Origin: Tubulanus polymorphus
Taxonomy: Eukaryota > Animalia > Nemertea
Direction of reading: 5' to 3'
Length of the DNA stretch: 64,000 nt
NCBI RefSeq assembly: GCF_964204645.1
Contig: NC_134030.1
Span: forward strand, 7,855,122-7,919,121
This document shows, piece after piece, positions 1 to 12,900 of this stretch (within the stretch, counting starts at the first letter, position 1; each line of letters opens with the position of its first letter). The notes beneath the pieces are model-generated. The model did no database searches. It was not told the origin of the DNA and worked only from the letters and a program-made list of their open reading frames with translations. A program made the position numbers and the translations under genes.

Positions 1-971
1 TAAAAACACAATCCGCAGTTCCAGATAAAAATACTCCTTGCTAAATAACTATTTAAGGGGTTACTTTTTCAATCCCTTAGCCAGGTTACCTCTGCTGAAA
101 AAGCGTAAGTTCCTTCGTACGTCTTGGACTATCTCAGCGAGATTCGGAAGGAGCAGTCTCATGCACGGCTTGCTTCTAAGTACTCAAGCAACTCCAATTT
201 TTTTTCCATCAATATTTGCTGTTTTGATGAACGTTTGACTCACATCTTTTGATTTGGGCTTTGGGATGATCTCGGCTTGTCTTTTTGGTGTGCTTGGTGA
301 GGTCACACGAGAGGTCCCGATCATAACCTCGTAACAGCGAACTAGGATACAACGATTTATCGGATATAAAAAATATAGATTTTTTCCACAACACAATTTG
401 AATGACTTAATACTGGATGTAACCAACTATAGGTTATAACGGGCGGATTTTCTGGTCCCATGAAGTTCGCTGTCTAGGTTCCACCGTATAGTAAATAACA
501 AAATACCTCACGAAATATCTCTCCTATTGCAAAAGAAAACACATTGGAACAATGCGCATTCAAATAGTATAAAAAAAGTATCACTAGGCACATACCCCAG
601 GACTGGGTTTTCCGAGTTCGGTAATGACTCGTTTCAATAGCGCTTTATCATATAGGATTTGAATATCATTATTTGTCGACAGTTTAGTTGTAAACTGGAT
701 ACAAACCAGTTCGGCAGATTGAAAAATAACATATCATAAATAGCTGCGAAATAAATTCGGCAAATGCCAAAATCGAAAAAGCCGAATTAAAAGAAATAGG
801 GAAAAGAAATTGTAAGTATTTCTTCAACTTTCCTAAGTTTGTATAATGTCCTTCTAGGCAATATTGCTTACGATTTTGCCTCTGTCTATTCTACAAACAC
901 TGGTAAGATTATTGATTTCATTCGCAAAATTCTAATGCTGGAATGAATGTATTTTCTATTAGAAAGATAAT

Positions 972-3900
972 ATGAAGATCGGTGAGTTTCTCATCCTCAA
1001 TACCGTAGTACTTACCGGACTCGACATACATTTAGTTTCAAGGTAGGTAAGAATTCCTTTGAATAAGAACGAATTTTCTGCTGTGAAAATAAAGTGAAAC
1101 TAGATTATATGGATATAGTCGTGGTCAAGATAAAGATTTTGATGAAATGTTCCGCAAGCCCTGTAATAAAATCTAAGTTCTTTTCGTAAACTAGCCAAGT
1201 GTATTTTCTTATTTTCATGGGTTGCTCTCAAGATCTTACTAGTTAAGAAACACGATAACATTCGTTTAAGACACCGTACATAAGTTGCTGAAAATTATAT
1301 TTATTATTCGTTTTCGCGTAGTAGAAAAACGAATCCTTTCGTTTTTGCTACTTTTGCACCCTAGCGAAAAACGAACTTTTCGCAAAAAAAACGTAAATTG
1401 ATTCAGAGATTCGCTTTTGCTATATTATTTTTCCTTTTTTGAACCATAAATTTCATTTTTTGCGCGGCATAAACGAAAGTTCGTCTTTGCTATAAGGGCG
1501 CAGAAACGAAGCTTCTGTTGTAGCGCTATAAGTTTCGTTTTGCGTTTTTCCATGATCGAGGTCATACGAAAAATAATTCACGAGGCCCTCATCAACCGCG
1601 ATACTTATCAGCCTCCATAATTGGCGCTTTTCCGAAATTCCATTTAATCATATTCAGTCAAATGTAAAATTGAATTCAAGCTTATTCCGAAATTTCGCCA
1701 ATGATTGCGACTGAAGGCAAGATCCGAAGTATATATTCATGGAAACTGTATGTGTAACAAAAAAAAAAATAATCATCCTGCAATATATTCCTGTTACGAT
1801 TTAAACATCCCGAAGCAAATATTTGAATGACGTCTTCAACAAAAGTTATATTTTTCAATTGCGATTCTCAAAAATTATGATCATATTTGGTCGTAATTTT
1901 GAATTTTGGATTACAATTCAGCACAAATGTGTGACGTGCATCATTTTCATACATAGATTTGACAAAAACAGCTTTTGCTAACTGTGTTATTCCAATCAAA
2001 GATATTAGCCGCGATCACACGAAGACGATTTGGCCCGAGCCAAATTTGGCCCGTGCCTAATTAGAGAGCGCGTTCACACGCAAACCATTCACTCGATACT
2101 AAACAATGCTCAAAGCGAAGCGGGTCATTTCCGGTACGAGTTGCTATTCAAACGCAATCATTTGTCTCGTGCTAAAATCTGGCTCGGGCCTGGTCCGACG
2201 TTTTTGGTTGGGCCAAATTTGGTCCGGGCCAAATAGTCCCGGGCCCGTTTGGCACGCGTGTGAACAATTGTCCCGAACCAAAAACGCTCGTGGGATCGCG
2301 GCTGTTGGTGACAAACATTGCTTTCATTCACCAGACATACTGCGTAGTTCATGTTATATATTTCTATTGTGCAATGTTGTTGTCTATATGCATTACTCAG
2401 ACGCTCAGACGACTGTACCGTTCAAAATACTTCCCGCTTCCAGCTGCGAACATTCATCCGTTCATTGGAAAACCGACGGAAATTATTTTGTTATTGGAAA
2501 ATAATACAAGACTACTTTTTACCCCTCAGGGTGCGGAGGGACATTGTCTAGAATACTTGTTCCTATACCATGGGCCAAATTCGGTTTTCGTATTTAGTCG
2601 ACTAGTGGTCGGAACCAATAATCGAATGCGCTTTATTTCCGAACTATTTCTGGAATATAGTTCCGACTAACTGGACATTCGCTTTTACTTAGTTCGACTT
2701 TAGGCGACTAACTCCGATAACCGAACATCGGTTTTCGTAACTAGTCGAATAATGGTCGGAACTAATAACCAAACGCACTATGGGTCAGTCATAACGTATT
2801 TCACAGTGTCGGCCATCTTGGAAATGGGTCAGAACTATAGAGACCGTGCTCAATCCCGTAGTCGACCATTTCCGGACCATAGTTCCGACTAACGGACATT
2901 CGGTTTCGTTTAGTTCGATTATAGTCGACTAACTCCGATAACCGAAGTTCGCCCAGGGTGCAATTTTCATATATGGTGTAGGGTAAAAGCTTAAGAATCC
3001 TCTTGATGTTTGTGTTAATCGCATTCAAAATGGCTGACTGGTGGCCATATTGGATCCTAAAAATTGCACTTTTCCCACTCTAAAGGGTGCAAAGTCGTGG
3101 TCAAGATTGAGATTTTAATGGCATACCATGATAAAATCCCATAGCCCGTACTGTGATAAACGCGGAAAATTCGTTTCCTGATTTTTCTAAAATCGTTTCT
3201 ACATTTTCACATTTTGTCGATGTTTTATTAGCGACTTCAGTTAAAGTTTAAGTAACTCAGTGACTGTAACTGCCAAACGAAGAAATTCCGTTTTTGGTAG
3301 TTAAATGAGGGCGCCAGAATGCCAGAACGCCGATACGAAAAAACCCTCAAATTCTTTCTAAAAACCCGTTTTGGCGAGCCACCAAAAGAAAGAAAAAGAC
3401 GAACTTTCCGTTTTGGCTCGCCAAAAACAAAGAACTTTCTTTATGGCACAACGAAAGTTTGTTTTGGCACTTAAACGGAAAAATCTTTGTTTTGGCCCGC
3501 CAAAACAGAATTTCAGAGAAAATTCGACATGTTTTTTCGTTTTGGCGTTCTGATTTGCATACCAGGAACTTTACATTATGGAAGCCACCATAAATAACAT
3601 ACAGTGCGTAACCGAAAACGAAACGTCAACATTTTGTTTTTGCTCTATGCCTTTTTCGTTTTTTGCGCAATGAATTTTGTTTTGCGCACTAGCAAAAACC
3701 AACTTTCATTTTTGCTCTATTAATTCTCGCTTTTGCTACTGCACAAAAACGAAAATCATAGAGCAAAACAAATTGGTTTTTGCGCCACGAATTTTCGCTA
3801 GAAGATTTTTCATATTATATAATTTTTCCTTTCTGCACCGTAAATTTCATTTTTGGAAACTTAAGTTTTTGTTTTCTACTCGACCAAATAATGCACGTGG

Positions 3901-6900
3901 CCCTTATTTTAAAATTCCAATTAATCATACTAGCTGGTTTTGATTCGATTTTATTTGAAAAATGGATGTGTTTCAAAAAATATTAATCATCTTGCTATAC
4001 AGCAAGATAACATTATATTTGACAGATTTTGCTATCATTTCAGTCAAAGATATTGGTGGCAAACATTGTCTTCATTCACCAGCCAATTTTGTCCATAGCA
4101 AGCCATAAAATTTAGTTCTTGTTCATTTCTGTTGCGCATTTCATTCCATGTTTGTTCGTTCGTTTGGCTTTTGTTTGGCTTTCCCAAGACTATTGAATTA
4201 TTCATTTAACCTCACGACGGGACGGCCTTTGATGTGTTGTCTGCCCACTGTAAGCAGCCGTCAGGACTCGAACCCACCTGTCACTCGGGACTGATAGTGG
4301 ACGCAGCAACACCTGAGCTACCGAGGCCGCTTACGAAATGTCCAGATATCTAGACTTCTATAGACTTATATCTAGACTATATATAGACTTCTTGTTATTC
4401 ATTTTCATTGCGCAATTCTATTGTCTACATGCATTACTCAGACGACTGTGGCGTTCAAAATACTTCCTGCTTTCTGGTTCGAGGATTCTTCGGTTCACAA
4501 AGTGCAAACTTATTGCCTGACTTCCGAAACTGGAAAGGATGTGCCACCACCTGAGCAATCGAAGCTGAATCGCGAACCGCTTTTATTTTGCGTCGCAAAA
4601 ATGTTGAAGAGCAACTTTGCGAATCAAGCAAATACCTAGCGTTTAGATATCTTGACATTGCTTTGATGTTAACCTCAAAACAACTACAAAATATTTTCAG
4701 CGGGTTTTTCGGTAACAGATGCTCGTTCGCCTGTCCGCAGGCCTATCAGGTGCGGGAGAGATACACGAAAAGTTGTGGCTTATTTGGCTGGGCACGTTGC
4801 ACAAGATACAGGTATACGCAAACTGTAGTCTTTCACAGTCACAGTCAACATGTTCATTTACTTTGATATTAAATCGTAAAATCTTTAACTTCCTTTTATA
4901 ATTTCAACAATGGTTTTTTGCAGAATGGTAACTCGCTATCGTTCATCCACCTGTTATAAATGCTGTGCCGGTTGGGCTGGTAGTCGTTGCTATACACGTA
5001 AGCTTCAGCTGCGATCACACGAGCATATTTGGCCCGGGCCGAAAATGGCCTGGAACAACTGCTCACATGGGTGCCAAATGGGCCCGAAAACGTCGGACCA
5101 GGCCGAGTCAAATCTTAGCACGGTACAAATGATATTGCGTTTAAATTGCAACTGATTAGTAACCAGTGAGTAGTGCACGCGTGAACGCGCCCTCTAATTA
5201 GACATGGGCCAAATTTCACTCCGGCCTGACCCGTGCCAATTTGGTCTCCGTGTGATCGCGACTCTTCCATTTATTTCAATTGAGCATCAATTTCATAGAA
5301 TTTTCATTTATGCGTAATGTGTCTGAACGCAATTTTCAGCCCTCTGCCCGCAAGGATGTCAAGGACGTGGTTCGTGTAGTCAACCTGGAGTTTGTGCTTG
5401 TCATGCGGGATATTCATCGCCGCGTTGTAATGGTAAGATCTTGTAACCTTTTTTCACCTTTCACAGTGTATTTTCTAATCGATTAAAGATGATTATTGGA
5501 TGGACTTGGGCCTGCATTGTTATCCATTTTAACATAGCTGTCTTTTGACAGAACAAAGATATAGTGAAATTTTAAAGACACCTCAATGGACTGCCTTGAT
5601 AGTTTGTGCATACATGTATACCCTACACGAATTTGCAGTCCAGGCGAACTTCAGTTTTCGTAGTTAGTCGGTTAGGTGTTCGGAGCTAAGAAACGAATAC
5701 ACGGTCGGTCGAAGGGCATTTCACAGCTATCATGGAACTAGGTCCGAACTACTCAATCCCGTGGTTGACTATTTCCAAACCATAATTCTGACTAAATGAA
5801 ATTCGCCCTAAAAACTGGCCCAGTAGGATTAAATCAACGCTTTTAACATATTTTTGAACCCGAATGAAATTTCGAAGACATTTTTAATCAATTATTTTGA
5901 GCTTTCATACATTGTACCTCCTCCCCAGGATCCATCAGCGAAAGAAAATTTGTTCATTTTTCTATGGCCTTTATTTTGCCCTTTGGTAATTTTGGCTTGA
6001 ATTCCAAAACCTGTAGCTTCCTTATAGTATGCCTTGTCATTGACTTTTGGAAGGCATCTTTAACATATCAGCCAAGTTCATTGGTTATAGTATAGTCACC
6101 AAAGGGCGTTGAATAGCAAAACAACTCAATATTTCCATATCATGGGTTCTATGATCATAATTCATGCCATTTTTACTCAAAGCCTCACAATGTATCAATA
6201 AAAGATGCATCCTCGTTTATGTATTTTTGATGATATTCGAAAAAGAGATAATACAAAATGATAAATCAGCGTCAAACTATGGGTAGCTTATCAACTTGGG
6301 CCAATTTACGTTGGTTTTGCCCTTCTTATCAAACATTCGTTCATTGAATAATTTGTTTTTCATCATCAGCAACACGTCGGACGAATTGGAGGGCTGGGAA
6401 GGCCAATAGGTGTCCGGCTCATTTTGCAACTTTCTGGGTTTTCGAAATCCGATTTCGTTGTTTGTTATTTTTCATTTCTTAGACATAAACGAATGCGCAC
6501 GAAATAACGGTGGCTGTCAACATCGATGCGTCAACACTATCGGTAGCTTCTACTGTCAATGTCACTTCGGATTTCAACTGAACTATGACAGACGATCTTG
6601 TACACGTAAGTATACATTCGTTTGAATAATCAAATTGGTATCTTCTTGAAAGAGCATTCTTACTCTTCCATAACTTGCTTTCCGGCGTACTCCGAAAAAC
6701 GATAAACTATCTGCTCCCATACTGAATGAAGAATTCGGTCTCATTTGTCATGTACTTCTTAGACGGTTTTTGACAGTGTTTTGTTAAGCCTATCAGCAAT
6801 ACCTATCCATCTTTTGTAGCGGTGTGTTTTTCATCGACGATATGTCCAAACGGCGGAAAATGCCTGAAACCAAATTACTGCTCTTGTCGAGTTGGATTCA

Positions 6901-9900
6901 GCCAACCAAGATGTGAAGGTAAAAGAATTATCAGTTTTCGACACGAATCTTATTAGGCCAGACAAAATATACCTTTGTTTCTCATCAGCCCATCTTGGAA
7001 AAGTGAAGAGGGTGGCAGGTTTTACTTTTTCCTCCCTTTAAAAAAGAGGGGAGTAAAAAAGCATTTTTCTATAATTCCAATAATTCTCACTTGCCAGAAT
7101 AAGATTTGAGTAGGATCGCGAGGGTGGAAAAGAGAGGAAAACGGATTTCTGGAGGCGGGATGCACAATTTTATTTCTATTTTCTACTTATTTGGACGCGC
7201 GCGGAAAATTAAACTGGGGAGAATCAAGCTATTTCATTAATGGCCCTACGCTTTGCATGTCTGTATTGAAGATTTCTACATTTTTTTCTCCACTTCGTAG
7301 ATATCAACGAATGTTCAACAAATAACGGTGGATGTCAGCATGCTTGTATCAACAACCGCGGCTCGTTTAAATGCGCTTGTAAACCAGGCTATCTTCTGCA
7401 GTCAGACGGCAAAACATGCATCGGTACGAGTTAACTGATACATCAAACTCGGAACTTATCATTCAACCTCAAATTTAAATAAATAGTTAAACACACAAAT
7501 ATTCCACAGTCGATGGAAATTACATTTTACGTTACAATTAGATATAATGATCCTTATGAAAACACGGTGTTTATAATTTTTGTTATCAGATATAAACGAA
7601 TGTGACTCGTACAATGGAAGATGCAACCATATTTGCACAAACACGCCTGGTAGTTTCGAGTGCTCGTGCAATTCCGGGTTCCAACTCGACACAGACAAAC
7701 GAACTTGTCTGGGTACGTATCATCTCGGGGACCCGCAATGATCTTTTCCTCCTATCGCGTCGATTCTGCCAATGATCGCACACGTTTTGAAATACAATAA
7801 TCAAGTGTTTTAGAACTAATTTCTCGAACCAAATATCATTCGGTTATCTTCTTCCTTGATTGATTGATGTAGATATTGATGACTGTCTGGCCGATAACGG
7901 AAACTGCGCGCAAATCTGCAACAACAGCATCGGGTCGTACTCGTGTCAGTGTCGAGATGGATATACATTAGACCCGGATGGAACAGGTTGTACAGGTAAA
8001 TATCGACTCGGTGCACCGGTGGTGTCCTGTTGAGAAACGAATATATTTTTCAAGACCACGAAAAACATTTTGTCCCACGAAAGGTTATTTCGTTCCCACG
8101 AAAAACATTTCCTTCGAACGAAAAAGATTTTATCCATATTTATTTTCCACTGTGTCACCTCCGGGGCTCCGTAACTCTTGATGACATCAGTGTTGAAAAA
8201 GATACTCAGATACCGACACTATGGTGGCTGATAAGTGCCATAAAAATATTTCCAGAGAAAAAATAATTTCGTCATGAAAAATAATTTTCCATCGAAAAAT
8301 ATTCGTGAGTGAAAATAATTTCGTCATGATACGGAAGCCCCTAGGTGACATACGAGAAAACTTTTTCACAATTTCGACTTTCGAAATTCGACATAACAAG
8401 TCGAATTTCGTGTTAATTAAGTCAAATTTCGAGTTAATTAAGTTGAATTTCGAGTTTTATTTTCATGTCGAATTTCGACTTATTAAGTCGAAATTCGACT
8501 TGATTAACACGAAATTCGACTTATTAAGTCGAAATTCGACTTATTATGTCGAAATTCGACTTAATTAACACGAAATTCGACTTATTATGTCGAAATTCGA
8601 CTTATTAAGTCGAAATTCGACTTATTAAGTCGAAATTCGACTTATTATGTCGAAATTCGACTTAATAAGTCGAAATTATGAAAAAAATTATCTCATATGT
8701 CACCTAGGGGCTTCCGTAGATTGAACATACTACAGCAAAAAATTCAAAATGCGGGCAGCGAATTTATTTTTCACAAGTGACCCGCGCATGCGCAGTAATG
8801 AAACCCGCGGCTATTGGATGATCCCAATCTTGATTGTCGATAGAAAATGGCGACTTTTTAAAAAGTCGTTCTATAGAGAGTCCAGAAAACGTAATTCGTA
8901 ATGTCGTTTCAGGGCTTCCATAGTCCACAGCGTAAGTTTATGTTTATAGAGTCCAAAGGGTCGGAGTTAGGTTAGGTTTAGAGTAGGCTTAGGTTTAGGG
9001 CGAGGGTTTTAAGGGGAAAAACAATAGGTAAATGTAAAACATGTAAATATAGTTAAAAGTTGCTTAGCCGATACTCAAGCAGTGCGAGAATGTCAAATCC
9101 CATTTTTGATATCAACATCGCATTTTCTAAGACGCCTTAAACAGATTGAAAAACTGATAAAGATAATTATCATAAGAACTATTTTGAGATTTCCTGCAAA
9201 CATATTAATTGATGAGAAGTGAACTATTGTTCCGTTGATTCCTCGATGAAATAGAGCAGTATTCTATGCTGTTTCGATGGATGCATTCTGAATTCTAATT
9301 TGAAGTGCATTACTTATTGCTGTCACAGAACTAGACGTTTTTAGAAATTATTATTTTGGTTGACCTGACCTATGCATCAGTAGGCCTTCGTAGCTGGGTT
9401 TTATTTTTATTAAGGTAATGATGGGCAATTTATCATCGATTTTCAGTTCAACTCATGCAGTGAATCCAACGGTGAATCTAAACAATAGTTGACAATTGTT
9501 ATACAATTTGACTTATAAAAAGTTTTATTTTTGATGCAGTAATTGTTTATTTCTTTAAGTACGGTTATGTGTTTTTCTTTCGAGTATAGGTTCAGTTTTT
9601 TCATTCCATGTGGGTTTATCATTGTTATTGTTTACGTCTGGCGAAAGATATGGTCTCTAGTGAAAAATAAATTCGCCACGGGGGATACCGCACGGCCCTC
9701 ACACATGAATCAGGGTACTTGGGTAGAGCTTTGGTTTTGATCCTAAAATGTCGTGACGAGTCCTCCTAGTGACCTAATGTTAGGTAGGGTGAGATGGTGG
9801 TGCTGTCATCGAATCCATGTGAACACAAATTAGGGCCAAAAATATCATAAATTTTGTACTGTCAAAATCAAAATTAGGGCTCTTGATTTTGATTCCTCCT

Positions 9901-12900
9901 CAGACCTCCATCATCATCCTGTCATCTAGAAATAAATATTTTTGGTCAATGTAATGGACTCCGCAGATCAATAACAAGAAAATTAATTCTAATAAATTAT
10001 TTGACGCCTGCGAAAAAATGTAGAATTTTTGGGATAAGCTAATGTGGAATTGCAAATTTGAAATCGAAGTTTTGAAAAATTTGGGGAATTATGAGATTTG
10101 GCGATTGGGTATGTGATACGGAGGTGTTCTCGACTGAGTAGTGGTTTTCTATTGAGAATTGTCAATAATTGATAACTTGCGACCGACTTCATTCACTTTT
10201 GCCTCTAAACTGGTCTGCGCAACTCCATTGCCTCCATGGTTGAGGAAAAGGCTCGTCTGATGTCTGCGATCTACGGAGCCGTGTGTGGCCTAGCCAGCCG
10301 GCCCGGTTCCGGTTTAGCAGTAACTCGATAATGTCATTAAAAAAACTTGTTTATGTTATTCTGTATGAATTACGCATGTGTTTTGTATGTTGTATTTTCT
10401 TATTTTAAAATTTGTAACTTTTTTGACTTTGGGAATTTTATAGGTAACAAGGATCAATAAAGAATTGAATTGAATTGCCACCTAATACACATGCCACATG
10501 CCATCAGAGGACGCGGAGCCGTATGTGAGAGCTTTGCTATTATAAATTGCTAATCTCATGAAATCTGCATACCCCTTATATCGAACATATTTTCTGTAAC
10601 ATTTGAATATTGAAATTATATGTTTACACATTTTTATATTGACGGCTTGTAGCCGCCGATGAAATTCACGCCGGCCTTACACAGATCGTAGATAGCTTCG
10701 TCATTCCACCAGCATTCCCATGTCAGGGTCTTTCAGACTTCCAAATCGTGTATACATCCGCCATTTTGACCGAATAATCCGATTTACTTATCATTTCGAT
10801 TTTTGTCTGCCGCTTCTGATATAATCATACATCCATTACTATTACAATACGTCTTCTAATGATATTCAATGCAATATAACATTTCGGCGTTCAAATAGAG
10901 CTCATTATATAATCACAGAAAGACATTCTACATCTTTGTCAATAATATTTTTCCAAATAGCTTGTAGCTGTACACATAGACCTGTTACGTTTTGCACATC
11001 GTTTAACGGTTGTCGCTTGTAAAATGACGCTGAATTGTTAACATTGTTGGCGCTATTGCACTTTCGTACCCCCCTCCCAAAAATGTTTATTTCAGCATAT
11101 TTATTGTCAGGGAGGTCTAGGGATTCAAAATCAGTAACTTTTGACCCAAAAAACTTACTTTTACTTGGTTAAATTTAGATATTTTGGGCCCTAAAGCGCG
11201 TGTAAAATCGCCGATTCGCGACGTCAACAACGCCATATTGGATGTCAATCAAAGTTTCTAACCGTCTACTGAAATGTCATGATATTAAAACTTTGCCAAA
11301 AAACCATGTTTTCATACATAACCATCTCTTAGAATGACGTGTATGTTTGCATTATTTTCATACTTAGCTATTGATCTAAAGATGTTCTGATGAAGAAAAG
11401 TTATATGCCCAAAAACGAAATTCTGCCAATTCAATTCAATTAAATTTATTGGGATACATTTATTCAGATGTTTTTAGGTGGTAATTAGTGCGGAAACATG
11501 CCCGACCCGTCGGTTTGAATCGAGGAAATCGGCCCCAAATTATCAGAATTTTGGCTAGGAAAAAATTAATTCTTTTTGTCAAAAGTAATGTATTTTGACT
11601 CTACAGACCTCCCAACATTGTTTAGGTTTCATAATGGTAACGTTTTATAAGGCGTCAAAAAAGAGCCAAAATAACGTATACAAGGTCCCGTTCAACACAC
11701 TACATACATAACGGTACAAACACTGCTGCGCCCGAAGTTGTATCGCAATCAATGTAAAGCGCGTGAAAGCGGGAAAATCTAAAATTATTTTTACACCAAA
11801 GATTTATGTAGACATAGGAAAATATTTCTGAGATGGAAATATTTTACTCACAAAACATATTTTGAAGGCGATTCATTTTTCACACCGAAATTATATTCAC
11901 TCACGAAATATATATTTTTCGATGGAAAATTACTTTTCTTGACGAAATTACTTTTTGTCTGGAAATATTTGTTTGCCCCTTATCATCCACCATACGACAC
12001 CGCTTATATGGGAATATGAGATTTAGGTATAATTGAACATACCTCATTATGTAATTTTCTCCATCCATGATTGTGAAAACTATATCCCTGCATAAATTTC
12101 GTTTTAAATGAATATCCGTGTTCGATAGATATCGTCGAATGTTTAGTGCAAAACGGCGGATGTTCCAATACGTGTGTTAATACAAACGGATCTTACCACT
12201 GCGTTTGTCCAAGCGGCTTCAAGTTAGATGAAACTGGACGCGTATGTCAGGGTGAGTATACGAACCATTTTACTTTCAGAATCACATATGGATCTGGATA
12301 TCTTAGAATTCGATTTAAACTTTATATTCATAATGATCAAAACTGATTTTTTATCTCTGTGAATAATGCATTTTTCAGATATCGATGAGTGTAAAGAATT
12401 AAACGGAGGTTGTGCACACGACTGTCGTAATTCTATCGGTTCATACTCGTGTCATTGTCGCACTGGATACCGTCTGAATGATGTTGACAGAAGATCGTGC
12501 GATGGTAGGTGTCAAAATGTGTTTTCCTCAGTTTTCTCATAACCGTCAAGATGAAGTGAACTTCCTTTTTTGCATTGAAATGTAGTGTAGTAGTATAGTA
12601 TACATTGATGAGGGGGCTTCACTAGCCCTTGCATCACGGGAAAATTTAGAGCTGGTAAGTCTACGAATAAGCATGTTTTCTACGGATAAACTACCGGATA
12701 GAAAACTTCCTTTTTTGCATATTCTTATTGTCGCTTTCGCAATCATATCCGATTTATATCCATCTGCGTGTGTAATGACGTATTTCCATCAATTGAATAC
12801 CTCCTAGATATCGACGAATGCGCTACGGAAAACGGAGGGTGTAATCAAACCTGCACAAACAGTCGCGGGTCTTACACTTGTTCCTGTAACGAAGGATATA

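Larger units (their letters stand above)
8220..11994. mobile_element. 3.8-kb non-autonomous DNA transposon with ~95-bp imperfect TIRs and 6-bp TSD (IS3EU-like), carrying nested insertions
   Basis: Left end TATGGTGGCTGATAAG...GTGAGTGAA, right end TTCACTCACG...CTTATCATCCACCATA; perfect TSD CGACAC at 8214-8219 and 11995-12000. No transposase ORF seen. Confidence 0.7.

Noticed and set aside
4255-4328. tRNA gene
   Set aside because: A and B boxes are present but there is no convincing cloverleaf; it continues into a SINE body and tail with a second copy elsewhere.
8480-8680. Regular 20-bp repeats resembling a CRISPR array
   Set aside because: No unique spacers, eukaryotic context, enclosed by MITE TIRs.
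8960-9005. TTAGG/TTAGGG-like runs suggesting an interstitial telomere
   Set aside because: Only a few degenerate units inside a nested transposon region.
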